A stretch of 60,573 nt of DNA from NCBI GenBank assembly GCA_964417755.1, contig CAYQJH010000003.1, forward strand, positions 1-60,573. Direction: 5' to 3'. The first letter of the stretch is position 1. Every line of letters starts with the position of its first letter. Below are positions 10,701 to 17,033 of the stretch, one piece after another. The notes under the pieces are model-generated. The model was not told the DNA's origin. It did not search any database and saw only the letters and a list, made by a program, of their open reading frames with translations. This stretch comes from an uncultured Planctomycetaceae bacterium. GTDB taxonomy: Bacteria; Planctomycetota; Phycisphaerae; SM23-33. A program made the position numbers and the translations under genes.

Positions 10701-13099
10701 TGATTGGCTACTCGACTACCAGCCAGCAGGTCAGCGTTGGAAACAATAAGACGGTCTTCAATACCTTCAACAATGTTCAGCCGGACGCCGGCGGCAATAT
10801 CTATGTTGAAGTCGTATTGGTGTCCGGAGGCTATGCACCGCTGAACATGATTCAGTTGGACATCAATCACAAGCCGGTTGCTACCAATGACTCCTACAGC
10901 GTGGTCAGCGGCCAGCAGTTGAGCGTGGCGGCTTCGGGCGTGTTGACCAACGACACGGATTCTGACGGCCAGACGCTGACGGCTATCAAGATAAGCGATC
11001 CGTCACATGGCAGCGTCACGTTGAATTCCAATGGTTCATTCACCTATACGCCCACGACCGGCTATTCGGGCAGCGACAGCTTCACCTACAAGGCCAACGA
11101 TGGCTCTGCAGACAGCAACACAGCCACGGTGAACATTACCGTGACGGCAGCAGCGGGAAGCCTTCGCACCGTTCTGGTGGACTTCGGCCTTTGGACCCTG
11201 AGCGGCAGTCCTGGCGCCGATGGCAGGTACTGGAACAACATGCGGTATTTTGACGTGCCTGAGACGATCAGCAATCTGGTTGACAGCACCAATGCAGCGA
11301 CCGGGCTTTCCTTGACCAAGGTTGTCAACTTCGCCTGGGCCTGCGACAACCAGTTGACCGAGTCGTTCATCAACGGATACCCCAACTCGGCCATTACTGA
11401 CGGCGTATGTTCAAGTTCAGCCAGCAGCGGCAAGTACAAGTTCTACAACTTGGACACCACAGGCAACACCGTTTACAATTTGACGATCTTTGGATCTTGC
11501 AGCAGCGGCGGCACTACGCAGTACAACGTGATCGGCTACTCGACCACCAGCCAGCAGGTCAATGTCGTAAACAACAAGACGGTCTTTAACACCTTCAATA
11601 ACGTTCAGCCTGATACCGGCGGCAATATCTACGTGGAAGTTGCGTGGGTATCCGGTACGTATGCGCCACTCAACATGATCCGGTTGGACATCAATCACAA
11701 GCCGGTTGCTACCAACGATTCCTACAGCGTGGCAAGCGGCCAGCAGTTGAGCGTCGCTGCTGCGGGCGTGTTGACCAACGATACCGACTCTGACGGCCAG
11801 ACGCTGACGGCCGTCAAAGTTACTGATCCAACGCATGGCACGGTGACCTTGAATTCCAATGGTTCATTCACCTATACGCCGACGACTGGTTACTCGGGCA
11901 GCGATAGTTTCACCTACAAGGTCTACGACGGCTCTGCATACAGCAACACGGCCACGGTGAACATCACGGTAACGGCCACAATGCGCACGGTGCTTGTGGA
12001 CTTTGGTTGGACCGTTACTGTCAACCCCGCCGCTGATGGCAGGTACTGGAACAACATACAGTATTTCGACCTGCCTGAGACGATCAGCAACCTGGTTGAC
12101 AGCACCAATGCCGCAACCGGCGTTTCTTTGACCCGAGTTGTCAACTCACCTTGGGCCAGCGGCAGCCAATTGTCCGAGTCTTTCATCAATGGATACCCGA
12201 ACTCGGCCATTAGCGACAACGTGTGTTCAACTTCAGCCGGCAGCGGCAAGTACAAGTTCTATAACCTCGACGCCTCCGGCGACACCACTTACAGCCTGAC
12301 GATCTTTGGCTCTTACGGTGGTGGCGGTGTCACGCAGTACAACGTGATCGGCTATTCGACCACCAGCCAGCAGGTCAGCGTTGGAAACAACAAGACGGTC
12401 TTTAATACCTTTAACAACGTCCAGCCTGACGCCAGCGGCAACATCTATGTCGAAGTGGTGCTGGTATCCGGTACGAATGCACCGATCAACCTGATCCAGT
12501 TGGATATCGTTCCCGGTGGCGGTGAAGGCATGCAGGGCCAGCAGATGCAGGCGTTCGGCGGTGCAGAGCTTGCAGTTCTGCCCGCTGGCGGCAAGGTTTC
12601 CAGGAAGCCGGCCGCTTCTGAAAACAAGGCCATCGCTCCGGCGTCGGCTCCAGCCGCCCAGAGCGGCACGGCCATCAACGTCAACTTCCAGCCGGCCGGC
12701 GTTGCCTCGCCCGCGGGCTACCTGAGTGACAGCGGCCTGACCTATGGCAATCGAGCCGGTTACAGCTATGGCTGGGACAAGGACCTCTCCGGCTTTGCCG
12801 TCCAGCGCAAGAACGCAAGTTCGCCGGATGTCCGCTATGACACGTCGATCATGCTGCTGAAGGATGCGACGTGGGAAGTGGCCGTGCCCAACGGCATGTA
12901 CAACGTCAAGATCGTAGCCGGCGGCAACTCAGCCACGCTCAAGTCGCAGAAGTTTGCGGTAGAGGGCGTGCCGACCACGCAGGCCAAGGCCGGGCAGTAT
13001 CTTGAGGAGACCGTGACCGTGGTGGTGACCGACGGCAGGCTCACCATCAATGCCTCAGCCGGCAGCAGCATCTGCTTCATCCAGATCGCCGGAAGGTAG
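4784..13099 (+). CDS. Giant secreted heparinase II/III-like polysaccharide lyase with Ig/cadherin-like repeats, 6 unnamed ~173-aa repeats and a C-terminal CBM-like domain
   Basis: RBS AAGGAG before the ATG at 4784, then a signal peptide. Lyase-type motifs: EHPRLLFT, YMYSRSDWGNDATF, HNNSFIIYR, TIAHNSITV, YVVGDA, FTRQFVYIRP..VVIFDRV. One Big-like domain, 7 'P.A.NDSY...GVL.ND...HG.LTLNSNGSFTYTP..GYSG.DSFTY' domains, and a C-terminal 'INVNFQP...YGW...RYDT...WEVAVPNGMY' beta-sandwich. Confidence 0.9.
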   Translation: MSILRAVVIASVVVATSAVLSAQTVRIGNLDVPADSALARKEHPRLLFTTADLPAIRARIAKPGLQSIYNQLKQTVDQQMGQNMDATQMSVPLGLLYHITGDERYGQACRAVTLGATFGVYATDGLYGYDLIYNLLTPAERSACEAKMLAQARTGNANSTHLTPLTYALGLWGNGTNDAEVGGIISQMYPAMVTRKAYLDRWAADRGGDGNSHDYLGQHEYVGTMGVLQAWKSSTGQDLFEGFNWAKAMGPYYIYNILPGSTRTTHIGVDGYGSAFYPFETGAEAFVSIAQNKWQDGVTGWWVRNTVCGGSQPYYYILFKYWGMVLYFDPDVPDIAPSQMPQDMLFKTRGYMYSRSDWGNDATFVNFACGRFELDSRNCNHNNSFIIYRKSYLACDTGAKIGNNEENTVNSDGQHYSKWFPQTIAHNSITVGTANNLSGLVTSMCGGQAGRVPDEWLTMYGMPVSEENRMTRQAGQITAYETSPEFSYVVGDARCSYDPHVVNGFTRQFVYIRPGAVVIFDRVNGVNANDPKRWYLHTMEQPTCTDGTLNADTSIHSSGHFLATGTTLRAAHGGSALFSKTVLPESAIVRVLGGAGHQFEVNGVNYDMYAPWYQTVGTPEYLENIGMGMWRAEVEPQVKQANDVFLHVLWSTTDSVQNMFNVTKILQNGQVGVSFTADGVGVEVTFAQTGTVAGHIKITKSGNVICDRALATQIEDNYQKWSSDSRFQNWMTSPNMKSAIGQGPVLSFLQPSGTTVVQAGSTLYVSVTARDYDGTIGNLKLFHNGQELPRQDGTYPYEWGVGSNDPLLMSVTAGVHTLTVSCIDSLGYSATTSMSIIVSGGAPTAVNDAYMVMKDQVLNVAASGVLANDTGTSLTAVKVTDPAHGTLTLNSNGSFTYTPAAGYTGPDNFTYNAHNSGGDSNLATVNITVSSAARAVLVDFGGTLTNNPGADGRYWNNMRYFDLPETIANLVDSTNVSTGLSLTKVVNFPWAGNGVLAEPFINGYPNSAIRDSVMSTSSGNGKYKFYNLDTSGNTTYNLTIFGSSGDSGVTRYNVIGYSTTNQQVNAENNKTVFNTFNSVQPDAGGNIYVEVVLVSGSYAPLNLIQLDINHKPVATNDSYSVAASQQLNVAASGVLVNDTDSDSQTLTAIKVSDPSHGTLTLNSNGSFTYTPTFGYSGSDSFTYKASDGSTDSNTATVNITVTPASGSLRTVLVDFGCWNLTASPGADGRYWNNMRYFDVPETISNLVDSSNAATGLSLTKVANFPWACDTQLTESFINGYPNSAITDGLCSTSAGNGKYRFYNLDASGNTVYNLTIFGSCSSGDVTQYNVIGYSTTSQQISVANNKTVFRTFNNVQPDASGYIYVEVVRVSGTNAPINLIQLDINSKPVATNDSYSIASGQPLGVAAPGVLTNDTDADGQPLTAIKVSDPAHGTLSLISNGSFTYTPTTGFSGSDSFTYKASDGFMDSNTATVNITVTASMPVAIDDVYTINANQTLNVSAAGVLANDTGSGLTAVKVMDPSHGALTLNSNGSFTYTPTTGYSGSDSFTYKAHNAGGDSNTATVNIMVTAASGSLHTILVDFGCWNLTASPGADGRYWNNMRYFDVPETISNLVDSANAATGISLTKVVNFPWACDNMLSESFINGYPNSAITDGLCSTSAGNGKYRFYNLDASGNTVYNLTIFGSCSSGDLTQYNVIGYSTTSQQVSVAGNKTVFNTFNNVQPDASGYIYVEVVRVSGTNAPINLIQLDINHKPVAANDSYSVVSGQQLIVPISGVLTNDTDSDGQMLTAIKVSNPTHGTVTLNADGSLIYTPTTGYSGSDSFTYKANDGSSDSNTATVNITVTAAPASARTVLVDFGIWNLTGSPGADGRYWNNMRFFDIPETISNLVDSSNAATGLSLTKVVNFPWVCDNQLSDPFINGYPNSAITDGVCSTSAGNGKYKFYNLDASGSTTYNLTIFGSCVYGDVTQYNVIGYSTTSQQVSVGNNKTVFNTFNNVQPDAGGNIYVEVVLVSGGYAPLNMIQLDINHKPVATNDSYSVVSGQQLSVAASGVLTNDTDSDGQTLTAIKISDPSHGSVTLNSNGSFTYTPTTGYSGSDSFTYKANDGSADSNTATVNITVTAAAGSLRTVLVDFGLWTLSGSPGADGRYWNNMRYFDVPETISNLVDSTNAATGLSLTKVVNFAWACDNQLTESFINGYPNSAITDGVCSSSASSGKYKFYNLDTTGNTVYNLTIFGSCSSGGTTQYNVIGYSTTSQQVNVVNNKTVFNTFNNVQPDTGGNIYVEVAWVSGTYAPLNMIRLDINHKPVATNDSYSVASGQQLSVAAAGVLTNDTDSDGQTLTAVKVTDPTHGTVTLNSNGSFTYTPTTGYSGSDSFTYKVYDGSAYSNTATVNITVTATMRTVLVDFGWTVTVNPAADGRYWNNIQYFDLPETISNLVDSTNAATGVSLTRVVNSPWASGSQLSESFINGYPNSAISDNVCSTSAGSGKYKFYNLDASGDTTYSLTIFGSYGGGGVTQYNVIGYSTTSQQVSVGNNKTVFNTFNNVQPDASGNIYVEVVLVSGTNAPINLIQLDIVPGGGEGMQGQQMQAFGGAELAVLPAGGKVSRKPAASENKAIAPASAPAAQSGTAINVNFQPAGVASPAGYLSDSGLTYGNRAGYSYGWDKDLSGFAVQRKNASSPDVRYDTSIMLLKDATWEVAVPNGMYNVKIVAGGNSATLKSQKFAVEGVPTTQAKAGQYLEETVTVVVTDGRLTINASAGSSICFIQIAGR
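7589..12508 (+). repeat. Six copies of a ~520-bp coding repeat interleaved with Ig-like repeats
   Basis: Units at about 7589-8107, 8414-8935, 9515-10036, 10343-10864, 11171-11692 and 11990-12508. Periods are 825, 1101, 828, 828 and 819 bp. Confidence 0.95.
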
Positions 13100-13191
13100 A
13101 TTCCGACAATCCTGAAGCAGTGATGCAGTAGCAGCAGACAACAACAGGCACGGCGGCTCTAAAGGGCTGCCGTGCCTGTTGATTTCATTGC
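12804..13191 (+). repeat. Direct repeat copy 1 (388 bp, identical to 43797-44184)
   Basis: Matches the second copy base for base by eye, at an offset of 30993 bp. It covers the last ~98 codons, the stop and the hairpin. Near-identity extends upstream to ~12664. Confidence 0.93.
13142..13181. terminator. GC-rich hairpin, probable bidirectional terminator
   Basis: CAACAGGCACGGC...GCCGTGCCTGTTG is a perfect 13-bp stem, extended by wobble pairs, lying between convergent genes. U-tracts are weak. Confidence 0.6.
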
Positions 13192-14253
13192 ACGCTGATC
13201 AGGCTGCCTCACTGCGACCAGGTGGGCCTCGTCAGCCGCCAAGCGATGCAGATCACCGGTCATAATCTCGTGGGCTGCTTTCCTGGCTGCTGGACAAGCG
13301 TAGGCCAGTTTGCCCAGCAAATATGGGCCGAGGGTTCGCCCCGCCTGAGCGTATCGTCCGGAAAAGACGATAGCGTCCAGGCCGCCCAGGGCGGCAATGC
13401 CCATCCCGCAGGCCAGGAGAATGCGATATCGCAACAAGTCGCGTGCCAGCCGATGCGACGACGCAGGGCTAAGCACGCTGTCCAGATTGACGGCTGAACC
13501 GGCCAAGGCCGCGATGCCGCTGTCTCTCGTGAGCATCTGGTTGATCTGTTCAGGGCCCAGGTGCAGTCTGCTGCTCAAGGCCAGCACGATGCTGGGGTCA
13601 AGTTCGCCACAGGCTTTCTCGCCTGGCAGGCCCTCCATCGGCGTGGCGCCGCTGGTCACCATAAGGGGGCATCTGCCAACAACGGCAGCCAGTTCCGGCC
13701 TTTTGTCCAGGCAAATTGACAGCACGCGAGCAGGTCCTTGCAGATGTTCCTGGCAAAGGTGCGCTGCGTGCCGACAGGCAGCGGCGTGGAACAGGCCGTG
13801 ATAGCCGAATCGCCGCAAGCGGGGATGGCTTGATGCCTCCAGTCCATAGAACTGCTCGCGCGGAGGTAGGCCAACGAAGAAGGCCGTCTGGAATGACATC
13901 GCCACCGGCAGATGTGGAAAAGCTCCGCGAATTTCCTGCAGAAGCAGGCGGCAGACCGGCAGATGCAGGGGGGCCTGCTGCGCAAGGGCCTCCAGATCGT
14001 CCAGTGTCTGCGAGCCAGCCAGCACGGGCCCGGCGAAGCGCTCTCCGCCGTATGGCACAATGATGCTGATGAGATCGATCTTGCCGCCCATTGCGCGAGC
14101 GTCGGCCGTCAACTGAGTGAGCAATTGACTTATGGCCGTTGCCTCGCTGAATGGTCCATGAATGCTCGCCTGACGCAGTGCCTGACGCGATTGGTCGGCA
14201 AAATAGGAGCAGGCGATTGTTCGCAACGAAGGGGCAAGGACGAGTATGTTCAT
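13159..14253 (-). CDS. Acetate kinase-like protein with degenerate catalytic motifs
   Basis: Colinear with AckA (APLHLP, FQTAFF, RRFGYHGLFH, ATPMEGLPG..ACGELDP, GGLDAIVFSG) but lacks NxGSSS, HR.VHGG and TNEE. RBS GGAG before the ATG at 14253. Confidence 0.85.
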   Translation of the reverse strand: MNILVLAPSLRTIACSYFADQSRQALRQASIHGPFSEATAISQLLTQLTADARAMGGKIDLISIIVPYGGERFAGPVLAGSQTLDDLEALAQQAPLHLPVCRLLLQEIRGAFPHLPVAMSFQTAFFVGLPPREQFYGLEASSHPRLRRFGYHGLFHAAACRHAAHLCQEHLQGPARVLSICLDKRPELAAVVGRCPLMVTSGATPMEGLPGEKACGELDPSIVLALSSRLHLGPEQINQMLTRDSGIAALAGSAVNLDSVLSPASSHRLARDLLRYRILLACGMGIAALGGLDAIVFSGRYAQAGRTLGPYLLGKLAYACPAARKAAHEIMTGDLHRLAADEAHLVAVRQPDQRAMKSTGTAAL

Positions 14254-14286
14254 TGAAGACTCCTGCCGCAGGTCATCGGCCGCCAT

Positions 14287-15495
14287 TTATGCTGCCGCGA
14301 TAGAGGCCCTCACAAGGCGATGCGTCTGCCGCGCGATGGCCAACTCCTCGTTGGTGGCGATGACGAGGAGCCTGACGGGTGAATCAGCCGTGGCGATATC
14401 GGCCGGCAAGTTGGCTAAGCATTCATTCTTCCGCGGGTCGATATTGACGCCCATCGCTTCCAGGCCACTGCACAGGGCCCAGCGGACATTGCTGATTGTC
14501 TCGCCAATGGTATCCGTGAAGATGATTGCCTTTGCCCTGCCCACTGCCGCCAGGTAAGCCCCGAGATACTTGCGAATGCGCCACAGGTACACCTGCGTCG
14601 CGAGGCGGTTTTGGCCGTCGCCAGCCTCGCCAGCAGCTTTGAGCAAGGCATCGCGAATGTCAGAGGACTGCCCCGTCAGGCCCAGCACGCCGCTCTTGTT
14701 GTTGAGCAGCCTTTCGACCGCCTGGCAATCGCCCATCGCGCCGCAAAGCAATTGCAACGTGACAGCCGGGTCAAGATCGCCGCATCGCGTACTCATCACC
14801 AGGCCCTGCAGAGGCGAGTAGCCCATCGTGTTGTCAATGCTGCGCCCGCCGACGATCGCGCAGAGACTGGCTCCGCCGCTGCCTAAGTGGCACGACACGG
14901 CGTCTAGTTGATCCATCGGGCAATGCAGCAGCTTGACCGCCTCCTGCGCCACGTACTGATGGCTGGTCCCGTGGAAGCCGTACTTGCGGATTCCCAGCTT
15001 GCGGCGCACATCGCCAGGAATGGCGTACGTGCGGGCGTGTCGCGGAATGTGCGAGTGAAAGGCGGTGTCGAACACGACTACCTGCGGCAGCGAGGGATAT
15101 TGCTGCATGCATGCCTTGACCAGTGCGATGGACGGCGGATTGTGGATCGGCGCCAGGTCGGCCACCGCATCCAACTTCACCAGGTCGCTGGCGAAGATTC
15201 GTGCATGCTCGCTGAAGAGTTGCCCGCCGTGGACGAACCGGTGGCCGATCGCATCGATTGGCTGGCGGCCCTTGGATAGAAGGGCCATCACCTCCGCAAA
15301 GGCAGATGCGTGGCTGTCCATCGGCGTCTGGTGCGTGCTGCTCTGCCCGCCGGCCTTGTGAATGATCCTTGATGGACAAGCCGTCGGCGGGCCGATCCGC
15401 TGCGCTTCGCCGCCGGCCATTTCACGCTCGCTCGGCATATCGATCAGCCGATACTTCAGCGATGAACTCCCGCAATTAAATACCAGAATGTTCAC
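14287..15495 (-). CDS. ackA: Acetate/propionate kinase
   Basis: VFNCGSSSLKY, GHRFVHGG, LAPIHNP, FDTAFH, RKYGFHGTSH, CHLGSGAS, TRCGDLDP, ATNEELAIA. GTG start at 15495 after AGAGGA. Confidence 0.92.
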   Translation of the reverse strand: MNILVFNCGSSSLKYRLIDMPSEREMAGGEAQRIGPPTACPSRIIHKAGGQSSTHQTPMDSHASAFAEVMALLSKGRQPIDAIGHRFVHGGQLFSEHARIFASDLVKLDAVADLAPIHNPPSIALVKACMQQYPSLPQVVVFDTAFHSHIPRHARTYAIPGDVRRKLGIRKYGFHGTSHQYVAQEAVKLLHCPMDQLDAVSCHLGSGGASLCAIVGGRSIDNTMGYSPLQGLVMSTRCGDLDPAVTLQLLCGAMGDCQAVERLLNNKSGVLGLTGQSSDIRDALLKAAGEAGDGQNRLATQVYLWRIRKYLGAYLAAVGRAKAIIFTDTIGETISNVRWALCSGLEAMGVNIDPRKNECLANLPADIATADSPVRLLVIATNEELAIARQTHRLVRASIAAA

Positions 15496-15621
15496 GTCCG
15501 TCCTCTCTGAAAGCCTCAAAGCAGGGCGATGGACGTCCTTGTCCACCGCGCCGCCACTTCAGTCAGAAATCGCATCATGCGATTCGCAAACGCATCTACG
15601 GTCAAAACGCTGCTGGGATAG

Positions 15622-16830
15622 TTAAATCTCATCCGGCGTCCAGCCAAATACCGGTACGCCCACAAGGCTGTGCACGATGGCCGCCGTGCCGTAGACCGCC
15701 GTTGAAATCGCTTCCAGGGCGACCGATTCATCTCCGCGGTGAGCCGAAGCTTCCTCGCCTGGGCCATAGCCGATCGTCGGCACGGCGAAGTCGTTGACCA
15801 GCACCCCGCCAGCCGTGCCCATGCCCAGTTGCCCCAGCTTCCATCGCCCCGTCTTGGACGAGCACTGCGCCGCAGCCAGGGCCTGCCGCGAGCGCTCCAT
15901 CAGCGGGTGAAACGGGTCCGTCTGCCATGCGTTGACCATGCGGCGCACCAGCGTCGTCGTGCCGTTGTAGAGCTTGCGCTCCTCGTGGCGCACGGCCACC
16001 TCGACAGCCACATTGCCAATCGAATTAGCCACCAGGTTGGCGCCGTGCCGCAGGGCGTGAATGGCCTGCTTTGAACCTCCGAATTCGCTCAGCCGCCTGG
16101 TCACGCCGATGATCGCCTGACGCAGCCCCTGTCGCTGCGTAAAGGCGACGGGCCGAACCAGGACATCCTGCGACCCGCCTTCGCCGGCAGTACAATCGCG
16201 ATGAATCGCCCGGGCTGCGTCGTCGACCTCAAACGGATTGGCGCCCTCCACGCGGATGTCCAGCTCCGCCCAGCCGTCATGCCCGTAGTAAAGGCCCAGC
16301 CCGGTCGGTTCGCCCAGGACGGCGAAATCCGCCTGCAACTCCAGTTCGCCCAGCGTGTGCTCCAGCAAGTGGCGCACGCCCACGCTACAGCCATTCTCCT
16401 CATCCACCGTCGCCGCCACTACAAGGTTGCCCCGCAGCGGAAGCAGGCTTCGCTTAATCAGACAGCCGGCATAAATCTGGGCAGCCAGATTGCCTTTGGC
16501 GTCGCTGGCTCCCAGCCCCGTCAAGCGCCCGCCGGCGATGGTGGGCTGGTACGGGTCATTCGTCCACTGCTTCATGTCAGGAGCCACGGTGTCCATGTGG
16601 CTCACCAGCAGCACGGTAGGCCCGCTATCGCGGCCGAACATGGCGGCCACCACGTTGCCTGCCCCATCGCGGATGACCTTGTCGTAACCCAGTTCACGCA
16701 TGCGGCCCTCGACCACACCGGCCAGGGCCTGTTCCTGGCATGACACGCTGGGAATCGAGATCAACTGCTGTGCGAACTGCGCCACCTCGGCCGACATGCC
16801 TTCCTTCTTCTGCTGAAGCATCTGGTACAT
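15622..16830 (-). CDS. M20/M25/M40 metallohydrolase (ArgE/DapE/YgeY-like)
   Basis: Zn-ligand motifs SHMDTV, GLGASDAKG, VDEENG, GEPT and AHRGDE. RBS AAGGA before the ATG at 16830. Confidence 0.9.
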   Translation of the reverse strand: MYQMLQQKKEGMSAEVAQFAQQLISIPSVSCQEQALAGVVEGRMRELGYDKVIRDGAGNVVAAMFGRDSGPTVLLVSHMDTVAPDMKQWTNDPYQPTIAGGRLTGLGASDAKGNLAAQIYAGCLIKRSLLPLRGNLVVAATVDEENGCSVGVRHLLEHTLGELELQADFAVLGEPTGLGLYYGHDGWAELDIRVEGANPFEVDDAARAIHRDCTAGEGGSQDVLVRPVAFTQRQGLRQAIIGVTRRLSEFGGSKQAIHALRHGANLVANSIGNVAVEVAVRHEERKLYNGTTTLVRRMVNAWQTDPFHPLMERSRQALAAAQCSSKTGRWKLGQLGMGTAGGVLVNDFAVPTIGYGPGEEASAHRGDESVALEAISTAVYGTAAIVHSLVGVPVFGWTPDEI

Positions 16831-16882
16831 GAGATATTCCTTAAAATACTCGCGCCGCCGAAATTGGCGGCAACAGCCATAT

Positions 16883-16899
16883 AGCAATCGCCATGCCAG
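16883..16899 (-). promoter_or_regulatory. sigma54 (-24/-12) promoter for the M20-ackA-ackA2 operon
   Basis: The minus strand reads CTGGCATGGCGATTGCT, which matches YTGGCACG-N4-TTGCW with exact GG-N10-GC spacing. It lies ~55 bp upstream of the M20 start. Confidence 0.85.
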
Positions 16900-16989
16900 A
16901 ACCTGGCGAGGCCGCGCTCATAGCCGCAAGAGCTGCATCACCGCCGAATTGCAGTTTCACGGGGACATTCACGAGCGAGTGTGGTAGTA

Positions 16990-17024
16990 TTTCATATTGC
17001 AATGGCTAATATTGCATTATGAAA
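16990..17024. promoter_or_regulatory. Palindromic putative upstream activator (enhancer) site
   Basis: TTTCATATTGCAAT-N7-ATTGCATTATGAAA is an inverted repeat (13/14 match), 90-125 bp upstream of the -24 box and just before the activator ATG. Confidence 0.65.
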
Positions 17025-17033
17025 GACCCCTGA

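Noticed and set aside
5294-12684. Many minus-strand ORFs opposite the giant lyase gene (e.g. 5294-6451, 8329-8676, 11417-11836)
   Set aside because: They are antisense shadows of a GC-rich repetitive CDS. They repeat with the same period and have no motifs or RBS.
12660-13099. T9SS CTD, autotransporter barrel or PEP-CTERM anchor on the giant proteins
   Set aside because: The C-terminus lacks these signatures and resembles a galactose-binding-like beta-sandwich.
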